DNA of 64,000 nt from a virus (lineage: Duplodnaviria; Caudoviricetes): IMG/VR virus record IMGVR_UViG_3300009031_000368, positions 64,001 to 128,000 of that record; one strand, written 5' to 3'. Shown here in pieces: positions 19,559 to 29,045 of the stretch (positions within the stretch are counted from its first letter, which is position 1; every line of letters begins with the position of its first letter). A program made the position numbers and the translations under genes. The notes under the pieces are model-generated. The model was given only the letters and a program-made list of their open reading frames with translations. It was not told the origin of the DNA and did not search any database.

Positions 19559-21292
19559 TCAATATTGTTTCTTTTGCATTTCGCTTCGCAATTCCATCAT
19601 CATAGCCCTTGATTTCCTTACATCTCGGCCAACGACATCCATTCGCTCTGTTAATTCGCCTTCCGCGCGCTTAATTCTTGCATCAAGCAATTTACTGACA
19701 TTCCTTTCAGTCAATTGTCCAGCGTTTCGCTTCGTCGGCTTAACCGGCTTACGGAATGTAATGCTTTCTTCACCATAATCACCGCCGCTGTCCTGATTAT
19801 ATGCGTCTTCAATCTCAGCCTGTTGTTCCATTCCGAATGATTGGGCCTTAGCCTGCGTCTTCCCTTCGTCAATGATTTCATTCCTACGCTGTTTCCTGAT
19901 TTCCACAATCTCGTCATCGGTAAACTGCATGACGTTTTTCAAACACCATGTCAGCGATGTGCTTTCAAGAAGCGATTGTATCGTTTGCGCCTTGGCCGCT
20001 AGTGCTTCAATCTGAGACAGTTCATAAATCATTGTTGGCTTTGTCATTGCCAATGTCCATTCGGATTCGTCTGGATCTTTGTCAATAGCCAATAGGTGTG
20101 CGCGACAGACCTGTTTAAATCCAGTCATGATTTCACGCTGGATATTCATCACAGACCTGGCAAAGTTTACATCGGCATGGCTTAAATGCTTTTCTGGAAT
20201 ATCGGCACCGAATCCCAAATATGCGGCAGGAACCTTTAATGCACCTTGCAGTGCCTCTCTAAATCTATCGATATCTTCAGTTCCAGTCCATCCCAATCCA
20301 CCAATCGTTTCAATCCTTGCAGAATCCTTGCCATCTCGTGTGGGTATCCATAGATTTTCGTTCATCGACAACGGGGTAGCGCGCATATCGAGCCCACCCT
20401 TTTCGACATTGTAAAACTTCTTTTTACTATACTGTTGCTTCAATCTATTGATATATTGTCTGGCTTCAGATTCCGGCATACTGCCAACATCGATAAAGAA
20501 TGCAAGCCGCTCTGGACTTCGTTCCAGCCGATACATCAAGCTGGCATCCTCCATCATGGCAAGACGCTTCCATACCGTCCTGGCCGCTTCAACGGCACTT
20601 ATTCCATATACAGATCTGATGTGTTTGGCGCGCAATCTCCAATGGACTATTTCCCATGGCTTATACAGTATCGCACCAGTTGCCGTTATAGCCTTATCGC
20701 GCGAAGCATTGGTATTGACAAAATATTCCATGTCGGTGTCGTTGAATTCAAACCGCATATTGGTATCTTGTATATATCCCAACGTCGTTCCACTAACATC
20801 CATAATCCTTCGCATGCTGGCAGGCGGGAGATAGTTTATGCCAATGACGCCAGTTTCATCAATAAGTATTTCTCCGTATGAGTTCCCCATGTGTGCCAGT
20901 GTCCTTGCCAATGGCCATATATCGGCTTCAATTTCAAGAGCACCATGTAGGAGACCGATCAATTCAGCCTTTGTCCAATCGTCTTCCGTAACGACCCACA
21001 TGCATATACCACGATTGTAATCCGGTTGTGATATATCGTTGGCATATACGTCAAGTGCCGTTTGGATGTATGAAAAGTCATCCATCGCTTCATAATCTCG
21101 ATACCTGGCATGAAGATCGGCTTCGACTTCCAGCATCGGCCTAATCAACGAATAGTTTGATTCAGATACTCCACCGCTACCATCTACACCGAATGTGCCG
21201 CTAATCGGTGACTTAGATGAGCCGGAAATGCGCGAATCCTTCTTACCGAAATACTGTTTAAATTTATCAGATATATTGTTGGACCAACCCAT
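19559..21292 (-). CDS. Portal vertex protein (T4 gp20-like)
   Basis: YRDYEAMDD, YLPPASMRR, EAARTVWKRLAMMEDASLMYRLERSPERLAFFIDVG, ENLWIPTRDG, ALKVPAAYLG. Confidence 0.95.
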   Translation of the reverse strand: MGWSNNISDKFKQYFGKKDSRISGSSKSPISGTFGVDGSGGVSESNYSLIRPMLEVEADLHARYRDYEAMDDFSYIQTALDVYANDISQPDYNRGICMWVVTEDDWTKAELIGLLHGALEIEADIWPLARTLAHMGNSYGEILIDETGVIGINYLPPASMRRIMDVSGTTLGYIQDTNMRFEFNDTDMEYFVNTNASRDKAITATGAILYKPWEIVHWRLRAKHIRSVYGISAVEAARTVWKRLAMMEDASLMYRLERSPERLAFFIDVGSMPESEARQYINRLKQQYSKKKFYNVEKGGLDMRATPLSMNENLWIPTRDGKDSARIETIGGLGWTGTEDIDRFREALQGALKVPAAYLGFGADIPEKHLSHADVNFARSVMNIQREIMTGFKQVCRAHLLAIDKDPDESEWTLAMTKPTMIYELSQIEALAAKAQTIQSLLESTSLTWCLKNVMQFTDDEIVEIRKQRRNEIIDEGKTQAKAQSFGMEQQAEIEDAYNQDSGGDYGEESITFRKPVKPTKRNAGQLTERNVSKLLDARIKRAEGELTERMDVVGRDVRKSRAMMMELRSEMQKKQY

Positions 21293-21304
21293 TACGTTTT
21301 ATTC

Positions 21305-23329
21305 CTATTCATCAAATCCGAATATTATTGGTTGCTGGAATGGCTCACGCTTTGTTCTATTGGATGGATTTCGCACACCGATGACCCATGAATCATCTTC
21401 ATACTCTTCACGGCTAAATGAACCAGAGATGATGCCCATCGGACGAGATGGAGGATTTTCGACAAGACTGCAAACGACACCGGATGCCGATACGGCAAGG
21501 TCATCGTGTCCTTCTGTTCCATCAATATTAAGATTCGGATGATCAATGATTCCAGTGTTTGGATCCAGTTCAAGGTTTATCAATTCTCTCCTTAATGGAG
21601 AATATGGATAAACGATCAATCTGTCTTCATAGATGGCTGCTTTAATCCGTTCCAGTGCTCTCGACTTACCAGATTCACCGCTAATCAGCGAATGCTTGAT
21701 GCCACGTTCCTCAAACTTTTGCCGCGTTTCTAAATGATGATAACTATCCGTTGTGCAATGAACGATATTGAATCCATGTGCCTTAAGGTCATATATGAGA
21801 GCGCGCAATGCTCCCGGTGTAATCTCACCATTCTTTGGTGCAATTACTTGCATGATGAAGTCAATATAGATCTCTGGCGAATATTCGATATACTCCGTTC
21901 CATCTGGCGCAAGCTTGACGACATCGATCCATCTTGAAATATGCCCAACACAGATGCCGGCCGGATCTTGTCGGCCAGCTGAAAGGTCGATATGGGCATG
22001 ACGTGGTGCATTTGGATTAATGTGGGGGATGTAAACCTTTTCCTTATATCCGCCTTTTAATCTACGCTCAGCCTGACGGCAAAGTAGGTGCCATTCAAAG
22101 TCGCCCGATTCACCACAAGCCCATGTTTCAACGGTGAATGGATGATATAGCCCTTGTTTGAAACAGTTGTCGATCTTGTCGCGCCGGCCAATAAAGGTCT
22201 TTGTCGGCATCGTGCTGACACCAGCATGGTCGCGGATTGCAAGATCTAGATCGTTTTCAAAGACCTGTCGTAGGAATGGATGGTCTGGAACAGGAACTAT
22301 TTTGGCAAATCTATCCGGCCCTGATATTTCTTTCCTTACATGCTCTACTTCATCATTCGTTAGTATTCTATTTGAACACTGGTCGTCGCCGACCAATACG
22401 TAAAATCTCTCCTTGGGATATTGCTCCGGTATAAGTTCCCATTTTGCATACTCTTTTACCATTATTTTGTTTTTAGAATCTCTCGCAGCCTTCACTCTTT
22501 CATCCGTGAATGATCCAACGACATTCTTGGATGAAGCAAGTATCATGATCCCAGGTTTAATACCCGTTCCAGTAAATCGGCTTCTGATACGAGACAATAA
22601 TGCGGTATATTGTTGGTAGGCGACTCCTTTGTCTGCACGGGCTGATCGTTTACCTTCATAAAAGTTAGCTTCGTCAAGAGCTCCTCCGTAAACGTTTCTA
22701 CCAAGTAAGCCTGGTGATCCTGGAGATGCTGTAATGATTGATATATTTTTGGGGAAGTCTATAACGCCAGCTGATACCTTGTATCCGAGCTGTTTAAAGT
22801 ACGGAGATGATTCCAAGTTTGCAATTATGTCTGCAAAAATACCGCGTCGAACCTGTTGTAAGTCGACCGACAATACACCAAATGCAATGTTTTTACCATC
22901 CATCAATCCAAGCTGCCGTTGTGGATTTGCCAGGCAATATATCTGATACACCATGTAAGGAATTGCAAGCGCGCAGTATGTGCTTTTCCCTGTCCCGACA
23001 CCGCCAGATATAATTGCTTCATAGTAGTCGCCTTCAAACATTTCAATCAAATTTTCGATTAATGGTTTGTATGTTCCGGTGCATACTTCACCAAAATAAT
23101 ATGGATCTGAATAAAACGTCTTAGGCGACACCGGCCGTTCAGAATAATGGACTGATTCCAATACATCCAGGATTTCAGATTCACCACCATTATCTAGCTC
23201 GGCAAGTGCCTGCTCCAATACTTCGCGCTCTTCCGGCGAACATGAAGCAATCATGGCCTGAAGCTCTTCAAATTCCTCTTCCGGCGTTTTTACAGATATA
23301 ATCTTACCGTTAAAATCGATTAGATGCAT
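21305..23329 (-). CDS. Terminase large subunit
   Basis: Walker A GGVGTGKS, Walker B ALDEANF, nuclease AHIDLS and GHDDLAVS; adjacent to the portal. Confidence 0.93.
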   Translation of the reverse strand: MHLIDFNGKIISVKTPEEEFEELQAMIASCSPEEREVLEQALAELDNGGESEILDVLESVHYSERPVSPKTFYSDPYYFGEVCTGTYKPLIENLIEMFEGDYYEAIISGGVGTGKSTYCALAIPYMVYQIYCLANPQRQLGLMDGKNIAFGVLSVDLQQVRRGIFADIIANLESSPYFKQLGYKVSAGVIDFPKNISIITASPGSPGLLGRNVYGGALDEANFYEGKRSARADKGVAYQQYTALLSRIRSRFTGTGIKPGIMILASSKNVVGSFTDERVKAARDSKNKIMVKEYAKWELIPEQYPKERFYVLVGDDQCSNRILTNDEVEHVRKEISGPDRFAKIVPVPDHPFLRQVFENDLDLAIRDHAGVSTMPTKTFIGRRDKIDNCFKQGLYHPFTVETWACGESGDFEWHLLCRQAERRLKGGYKEKVYIPHINPNAPRHAHIDLSAGRQDPAGICVGHISRWIDVVKLAPDGTEYIEYSPEIYIDFIMQVIAPKNGEITPGALRALIYDLKAHGFNIVHCTTDSYHHLETRQKFEERGIKHSLISGESGKSRALERIKAAIYEDRLIVYPYSPLRRELINLELDPNTGIIDHPNLNIDGTEGHDDLAVSASGVVCSLVENPPSRPMGIISGSFSREEYEDDSWVIGVRNPSNRTKREPFQQPIIFGFDE

Positions 23330-24066
23330 TACTTATCCGCCAACAGTTTAACCGATGTCGCCTGTTCAAGATCGTCACCGTTGAGATTCTTTAGCTTCTT
23401 TGCGCGCTTCAAGATATCCAACAGCTTATTGCGTGAAGCATTGTTCTTGAGCACTTCCGATACTTGACTGCCGACATTCTGTAACACTGAATCCTTTTGA
23501 GATTGCGTGTCCTCCAATGGAATCCCCATATTGACTTTTATCTCGGCGCTTGTTTGTAACAGTGACTGTGAAAGCTTCATCGCATTAGTTACGTTTGGAT
23601 TCAAAAATCCCATACTGGCTTCTTGTTCCATGGCGGTTTCAAGTCTTACAGAATTGAGCGCATGCATTTTATGCAATTCCGTCACTTCATTGATACCGGC
23701 TTCAAGTTTTGCCAGCGCTTTAGCAGCAAACTCTGGGAGATGATGTTGAGCTATTTCACCGGCTGGAATCTTATTCCGACGATACCATGACAATACCGAT
23801 GTCAATGAATCATGATCAATATGTAAATATTCTTGACAATCTTCTTGTATGTATTTAGCAATCACTGAAGGAGTAATCCCTGCTTTCAATCTGGATTCCA
23901 CTTCCGGCCAACATTTGATTCTCGTCAGCTTAGGTGGACTTTTTACAAGTTGCGGACGTCGCACGCTATTGGTAGCTGGCGTAACATCAATAACCTCGAA
24001 TCGCTTTAAATCGTCCGAATCATCGAAATCGAACACTGTCATCTCGATATCTTCATCTTCTGTCAT
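23329..24066 (-). CDS. Probable terminase small subunit
   Basis: Immediately upstream of TerL with a 1-bp overlap; N-terminal HTH-like segment followed by long helices. Confidence 0.55.
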   Translation of the reverse strand: MTEDEDIEMTVFDFDDSDDLKRFEVIDVTPATNSVRRPQLVKSPPKLTRIKCWPEVESRLKAGITPSVIAKYIQEDCQEYLHIDHDSLTSVLSWYRRNKIPAGEIAQHHLPEFAAKALAKLEAGINEVTELHKMHALNSVRLETAMEQEASMGFLNPNVTNAMKLSQSLLQTSAEIKVNMGIPLEDTQSQKDSVLQNVGSQVSEVLKNNASRNKLLDILKRAKKLKNLNGDDLEQATSVKLLADK

Positions 24067-24097
24067 TCCAATACTCCATAAAAATGTATCTACCTAT

Positions 24098-24126
24098 AAG
24101 TTATTGAAATTCAATGTTAATGTCAA
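24098..24126 (-). promoter_or_regulatory. Sigma70-like promoter upstream of TerS-TerL-portal
   Basis: TTGACA (24126-24121), 17 nt, TAACTT (24103-24098); the spacer region contains the inverted repeat ATTGAA-N-TTCAAT. Confidence 0.5.
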
Positions 24127-24182
24127 AAACAAAAAAGCAGATGACTGGTCGGCCCAATTACCGATTCAATCATCTGCTTTTT
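24125..24182 (-). terminator. Intrinsic terminator after 24217..25095
   Basis: AAAAAGCAGATGA (24132-24144) pairs with TCATCTGCTTTTT (24170-24182); on the minus strand it runs into TTTTTTGTTTTT. Confidence 0.65.
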
Positions 24183-24216
24183 ATCTAAATCAAAGAATGT
24201 ATATTAAAACTATCTA

Positions 24217-25095
24217 TCAGTAGTCGTCATCATTATCGGCAGACTGCTCTGAATCACTGTAATCAAGTGCGTCCGTGTATGATGAAGATAGAAGTTGTTC
24301 GTCGGTGGCATTTGAAGCAACCGCCGCAATCGCATCGATGGCATCTTCGCCATACACGACATCGACGCTGTTTCGCTTAAGGGCCAGGATCGTGATGCCA
24401 AAGTTCTCTTCAAGACTCTTCAACAAGTATGGTAATCCGTCCAAGTTATCGACACCGGCATTCAGGGCAAGGAAGTTGGTGCAGATCTGGTCAATCAAAT
24501 GTCCCGGCTTATCGGATTCTGCCATTTCGGCGGCTTTCTTTAAAGCCAATTCGACATTGTGAAGCTGCTCATCGGTTAGCTTGAAATTCTTACTGTTGAA
24601 CTTTTCACCTGTTGGAAGGTCGGCCGGATCAACATCGGCGTCAGGATCATCGGCCATCTTCTGGAGAGCACCACGAGCCAGTTCGAGAAGCTTTGGTGCC
24701 GATACCTGTTTGGCGGTTTCAACCCACTGGTCAACGTTATCTGGTGTAACGACGCCGATTAGATCCTTGGCCTTTGTCCAACCGATCGTCTTAACCTTAT
24801 CCATCACTTCCGGATTTCCCGCAAGCTTCACACCATAGTATGCCCACATGGAAATAAAATACTGTGCCTTACGCTTCTCAAAATCTAAATCGTTTTCCAC
24901 ATACTCGACAAAGTTTTCATACCCTAGCCTGGTGTAGAGCGCTTCCTGGTGAATGGTGTATAGCACTTCGGCCAGATCAAAGTTCACACTATCGATGCGC
25001 TTCCTGCAATCCCGCGCCTTTTCACCAAAATCATGTGCGCGGATATCCTTTTCATCCAAAACCTCTACCTGTTGATCAACGTTAAATTCATTCAT
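24217..25095 (-). CDS. Putative DNA-binding protein (DUF3102-like N-terminal helical/HTH region)
   Basis: LGYENFVEYVENDLDFEKRKAQYFISMW resembles DUF3102-type motifs; acidic tail. Confidence 0.5.
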   Translation of the reverse strand: MNEFNVDQQVEVLDEKDIRAHDFGEKARDCRKRIDSVNFDLAEVLYTIHQEALYTRLGYENFVEYVENDLDFEKRKAQYFISMWAYYGVKLAGNPEVMDKVKTIGWTKAKDLIGVVTPDNVDQWVETAKQVSAPKLLELARGALQKMADDPDADVDPADLPTGEKFNSKNFKLTDEQLHNVELALKKAAEMAESDKPGHLIDQICTNFLALNAGVDNLDGLPYLLKSLEENFGITILALKRNSVDVVYGEDAIDAIAAVASNATDEQLLSSSYTDALDYSDSEQSADNDDDY

Positions 25096-25121
25096 CGTCT
25101 GTTATCTCCCATCATTTCCAT

Positions 25122-25394
25122 TTAAATAAAAACTACTTCTTTAATTCTAACTTCGGTAAGTTCTTTGCGCTTCATCAACTCGCCATAAACTTCGGCACGG
25201 CAACCTGCGGCCATATGGCTTCGGCAGATTTGTACCAAGGTCGGCCCATATGCGTTACAGCGAATTGCTGTAATAAATCCGCCATTACCCTCAACGACAA
25301 GCCTAAACGTCGCGCAGTCAGTTCCACTATTGGTTTCATCGAACAGCGGATCTTCAACCGTTCCAGAAACCATTACATGATTCATACCTCTCAT
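25122..25394 (-). CDS. Short SSB/PriB-like OB-fold protein lacking an acidic C-tail
   Basis: MNHVMVSGTV...CATFRLVV...IRCNAYG...GCRAEVYGEL pattern of bacterial SSB. Confidence 0.75.
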   Translation of the reverse strand: MRGMNHVMVSGTVEDPLFDETNSGTDCATFRLVVEGNGGFITAIRCNAYGPTLVQICRSHMAAGCRAEVYGELMKRKELTEVRIKEVVFI

Positions 25395-25465
25395 TCAAGT
25401 TACTCCGTATATATCACAAATATCAAAAGTTGTATCACTCATGCAATTAATTGCACCATTGATTC

Positions 25466-25494
25466 ATGATAAAGCATCTGTTACAGGCTGTCAA
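25466..25494 (-). promoter_or_regulatory. Sigma70-like promoter with an adjacent GCAATTAATTGC palindrome
   Basis: TTGACA (25494-25489), 17 nt, TATCAT (25471-25466); palindrome at 25443-25454 just downstream. Confidence 0.7.
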
Positions 25495-25516
25495 TGGTAA
25501 AAGTGTTTTGATTGCA

Positions 25517-26044
25517 TTAAATTGATGGTTTGATTGAATCGGTGACTTTATCGGCTTGAAGAACTGTATCTTGAACTTCAATATCTGATTCAACAGTAAC
25601 TACAATCATCCGGACGCCCGGATTTGTTCCATATCTCTTACTGATTGTAATATTTACGACCTGATTATCATCCTTAATGACTACACCTTTTATTGCGTCC
25701 TCGACAAGTTTACAAATATTAGAGCAGTCAGGAGTAACTATTGGTAAAAGCTCATGTTTTAGCGCGGCCTCGTGCTTCTTTTTAGAAAATGAAGTCGGTA
25801 TAGGGAATGTCGCTTCTATCCGGATATGAACCGCGCCAACATATGGTGGTCGTACCGTCTCACCGTTCTGGTACGCTGTTGCCGCATAGAATCTCACTTC
25901 AGCCTCACGGCTCACCGTTTCTGGATCCGCGTATGTTGACACAAATTTTCCGACACGTCTAAATTTTGGAGACTTCTTTCCTGCCGGTTTCCCTGGAACA
26001 AAAATATCAATCAATGTTTGCTGCAACTGATGGCACTCCTTCAA
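25517..26044 (-). CDS. rusA: RusA-family Holliday junction resolvase
   Basis: VPGKPAGKKSP, VTPDCSNICKLVEDAIKGVVIKDDNQVV; the first Asp of the usual PDxDN motif appears as PDCSN. Confidence 0.8.
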   Translation of the reverse strand: MKECHQLQQTLIDIFVPGKPAGKKSPKFRRVGKFVSTYADPETVSREAEVRFYAATAYQNGETVRPPYVGAVHIRIEATFPIPTSFSKKKHEAALKHELLPIVTPDCSNICKLVEDAIKGVVIKDDNQVVNITISKRYGTNPGVRMIVVTVESDIEVQDTVLQADKVTDSIKPSI

Positions 26045-26417
26045 TCTCTATATCGCAATGTGTTATGATGAAACCATCATCGATAACGTTATCTGTTGTG
26101 GAACCATATCCGGATAACCTGGCGCTGATTGAATATATGGGCTGTCGTTGTTCAAGAATCTGATGTAAAATATTTCCTTGTGGTGTCGCAACAATTTCGA
26201 TATCTGCGACCACTATATCATCGTCATCAACACACATCTCCGTTACACGGTGTGATACTTCGCCCAGCTTCGAGTCTGACGCTGAACCAGTATAGATACG
26301 ACCATACATTGGAAATATTGCCCGGCCGATGGCACGTTCAACGACTTCTCTGGGATATATGTTGCCATTACGGGTTGGCTGGCCGGTTTTCATTCCTTTC
26401 ACATTACATATCTTCAT
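26007..26417 (-). CDS. Truncated paralog of the prohead protease; catalytic ELDHP motif absent
   Basis: GQPTRNGNIYP, VSHRVTEM, IVATPQGNIL and ISARLSGYGST align to 13475..16801. Confidence 0.85.
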   Translation of the reverse strand: MKICNVKGMKTGQPTRNGNIYPREVVERAIGRAIFPMYGRIYTGSASDSKLGEVSHRVTEMCVDDDDIVVADIEIVATPQGNILHQILEQRQPIYSISARLSGYGSTTDNVIDDGFIITHCDIEIEGVPSVAANID

Positions 26418-26941
26418 TTACTATCCCGGTGTTCTTTTCTAACCTGTACCAGTAATTGAATTTCTGGCTCAGACAATCCAGTATTCTCTCTAAGATAGAC
26501 AGCATATTGTTCGTCGTCATACCCGCGACTATTGGCATATGATGCAAGCCAAGACACTGTTGTTATTTGTCGCTCTCTCAATATTGAATCAATATCCTCA
26601 TCAGAAAACTTCATTATATTCTTTAACATCCATTGGCTCGAAAGCCTGTCGGCTGCTACATTTCGTTCGTTTTGCAATTTCTCGATTTGTGCATTATTCA
26701 AAACCAGATACTCCACAATAGTCTTTTTGAACTCATCTTCATTGAAGTCATTCATTTCAACATATTGTGCAATCAATTGCGCGGCCATGGTGATGCTGTT
26801 AGACATCTGACTAGATAACCATTCCGGTTCAGGAAATCTGTCACCGTCGATATCTTTCAATACATAATTCCGCATATCACGAACACGGCCCATTTGGATA
26901 TCGATCAATTCACTCATTAAAGTCTTAACGTCCATTATCAT
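26414..26941 (-). CDS. Paralog of the portal C-terminal region
   Basis: IDGDRFPEPEW / NAQIEKL / SSQWMLKNIMKFSDEDIDSI versus portal IDKDPDESEW / LSQIEAL / SLTWCLKNVMQFTDDEIVEI. Confidence 0.8.
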   Translation of the reverse strand: MIMDVKTLMSELIDIQMGRVRDMRNYVLKDIDGDRFPEPEWLSSQMSNSITMAAQLIAQYVEMNDFNEDEFKKTIVEYLVLNNAQIEKLQNERNVAADRLSSQWMLKNIMKFSDEDIDSILRERQITTVSWLASYANSRGYDDEQYAVYLRENTGLSEPEIQLLVQVRKEHRDSK

Positions 26942-27107
26942 TTCTCCTCTTAATCGCCATTTTTAAGTTGTTAAGATAATGCTTCGCCTGAACATCTGAC
27001 AGACTACCAACATCTATAAAGAATGCCAATCGTTCTGTAACCGGCATACGCTTCATTCTGACTTTTCCATCTGTTCCAATCGTCTTACAATATTTCATAA
27101 CTGTCAT
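26925..27107 (-). CDS. 60-aa paralog of an internal portal segment
   Basis: ERLAFFIDVGS is identical (11/11) to the portal; SDVQAKHYLNNLK versus PESEARQYINRLK. Confidence 0.85.
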   Translation of the reverse strand: MTVMKYCKTIGTDGKVRMKRMPVTERLAFFIDVGSLSDVQAKHYLNNLKMAIKRRNDNGR

Positions 27108-27790
27108 CCCTTTCCATATCTGGCTTCAATCGCCAATCTGCCTAGCTCAACTTCATCATCTGACATCATCACGGTATCTGATTCACCAATCTCGTTATAG
27201 GTTATTGGAACCGGTGGGCTAAAAACATATCCGGCATCCCGTTTAGCTTCCGCCTCTACTTTTGACTGCAACTGTTTCAACAGATCTTTAATGGTCTCTG
27301 TTGGTATTTCTTTCATCGCTGCTTCAATAGCCGCTTGCGCCGATGCCATCTCTTCATCGGTAAACCGTCTGGCGCTATTGGTGCCCATCCGGCTCTCAAC
27401 CGTATACCATTTTGGTGTATCGGTTAAGCTGTCACCGGTCGTTGTTTCAGACGTTGTGCCATCTTCAAAGAATGACGCATCATCGATCATTGCACCATAC
27501 TTATGGATGCCGCGTAACGGTTGAAAAGAACATATCGGCGTTGCAACGATTCTAACATGACTGATCTGACTACATCCATGGATGCATCCACCTGGAATAA
27601 ATATTGGCCATGCACTGGTCTGTGTCGTTATCGGACATCCGCACCAACAATTACCTACGTTTTTACTCTCCATCACACTCGTCCTCTGATTGATCGCAAC
27701 ATTCAAATGTGTGACAGATGCTGTTGACATAAATATTACTTTTGCCTTTTTCTGTAATGATGTAAAAGCTTGGGATAGTCTTTTGTTCAA
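27104..27790 (-). CDS. Protein containing a paralogous fragment of the TerL ATPase (Walker B region)
   Basis: LRGIHKYGAMIDDASFFE versus TerL LLGRNVYGGALDEANFYE; RFTDEEMASAQ versus SFTDERVKAAR. Confidence 0.65.
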   Translation of the reverse strand: MNKRLSQAFTSLQKKAKVIFMSTASVTHLNVAINQRTSVMESKNVGNCWCGCPITTQTSAWPIFIPGGCIHGCSQISHVRIVATPICSFQPLRGIHKYGAMIDDASFFEDGTTSETTTGDSLTDTPKWYTVESRMGTNSARRFTDEEMASAQAAIEAAMKEIPTETIKDLLKQLQSKVEAEAKRDAGYVFSPPVPITYNEIGESDTVMMSDDEVELGRLAIEARYGKG

Positions 27791-28157
27791 AGTATGCCAA
27801 GCGCATCGTTACACCTGTTTCTTGCTGAATATCGGAAATATGCTTCAATACTGTTTCAACATTAGGGACGACACGGAATCCAGTTAAACGGCTGTCTGGA
27901 TTAACGAAAGCATTCATGTCAACAGTATCGCCATTTTCTTTAAATGCGAAGCCATTAACCGACGAAACGACTACACTTGGAGTCCACTTTCTGAAAGTAG
28001 TGTGGTGCATGATATCACTGTGTTCAACCATACCGCCAAGCCTGTCTTCCAGACTATCCGACACATATGTTTCCAAGTCTTTAGTCACCCGAGCCACATC
28101 CATTTTCAGAACACCGATATCATCAATAATAAGGTTGACATCACTGACTGTCTTCAT
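27663..28157 (-). CDS. Hypothetical protein, tandem paralog of 28154..28690
   Basis: Shared SVNGFAF, VPNxxxVxxH and ETGV motifs. Confidence 0.7.
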   Translation of the reverse strand: MKTVSDVNLIIDDIGVLKMDVARVTKDLETYVSDSLEDRLGGMVEHSDIMHHTTFRKWTPSVVVSSVNGFAFKENGDTVDMNAFVNPDSRLTGFRVVPNVETVLKHISDIQQETGVTMRLAYFEQKTIPSFYIITEKGKSNIYVNSICHTFECCDQSEDECDGE

Positions 28158-28690
28158 TGTCCGTCTCCATTCGCAAACCAGTCTAAATCGTTAGACTCTT
28201 CAGAATCGCACATACAATTTTCACAATGGTCTTCATAAAATGAAACGTATAACTTATTACGTTCGCCATTCTTGTACACATGAAACCTGTTAACCGTCTG
28301 TTGTTCACAACGGGCAAGCATCACTTCCACACCTGTTTCTTCAGAAATTGCCCTTAAATGTTCCATAACAACATCATGGTTTGGCACAAGCCGTTCTCCG
28401 CCTGTTTCCTCTTGAAAATTAGGACCAATATCAATCGTACCACCATCATCAGTAAATGCAAATCCATTAACAGATGTTACTGCAACGTACGGCCTATATG
28501 GAAACTGAACGTCATGAACATCGCTATCCTGATAGAAATTATCTGTATGAAATACAGGCATACCGATTCTAGCATCCAATTGACTATCGATGTACTCTGA
28601 TAACTGCTGAATCTTTGTATCAATATCAAAACTTAGTGTGGCAGTCTGCCGGATTAATTGTTCCACTTCTTTTGCCATTACCATAAACAA
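28154..28690 (-). CDS. Hypothetical protein, tandem paralog of 27663..28157
   Basis: Same shared motifs; 4-bp start/stop overlap. Confidence 0.7.
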   Translation of the reverse strand: MFMVMAKEVEQLIRQTATLSFDIDTKIQQLSEYIDSQLDARIGMPVFHTDNFYQDSDVHDVQFPYRPYVAVTSVNGFAFTDDGGTIDIGPNFQEETGGERLVPNHDVVMEHLRAISEETGVEVMLARCEQQTVNRFHVYKNGERNKLYVSFYEDHCENCMCDSEESNDLDWFANGDGQ

Positions 28691-28691
28691 T

Positions 28692-29033
28692 TTATCCTTT
28701 CTTAATTGTTTTTACCAAATTGAAAGATGAATCATATACCTTGGTGTCATCGTCAGGCTTTGAACCATACAATGCAACAAATACCGGACAATCGATTTGT
28801 CTCGATAGTTGTTTCAAATAGATTGAGTCACCAATAGCCTCATTAATCGAGGCATTCCTAGCAAAACATATTCCAACGACACCATTGTCATTCGCATATT
28901 TAATCGGAAATTTATATCCTATTGCACTAACAAGCTTATAGCTGTCGGTACGACATAGCGCATCATGTATCCGAGCATTCAAAAGCCAATCTGGCTTTCT
29001 GAATAGTATTTGTTTAATTGTCTCTTGTTTCAT
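28692..29033 (-). CDS. Hypothetical protein
   Basis: 113-aa ORF in the operon. Confidence 0.55.
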   Translation of the reverse strand: MKQETIKQILFRKPDWLLNARIHDALCRTDSYKLVSAIGYKFPIKYANDNGVVGICFARNASINEAIGDSIYLKQLSRQIDCPVFVALYGSKPDDDTKVYDSSFNLVKTIKKG

Positions 29034-29045
29034 TTTGCAATTTAC

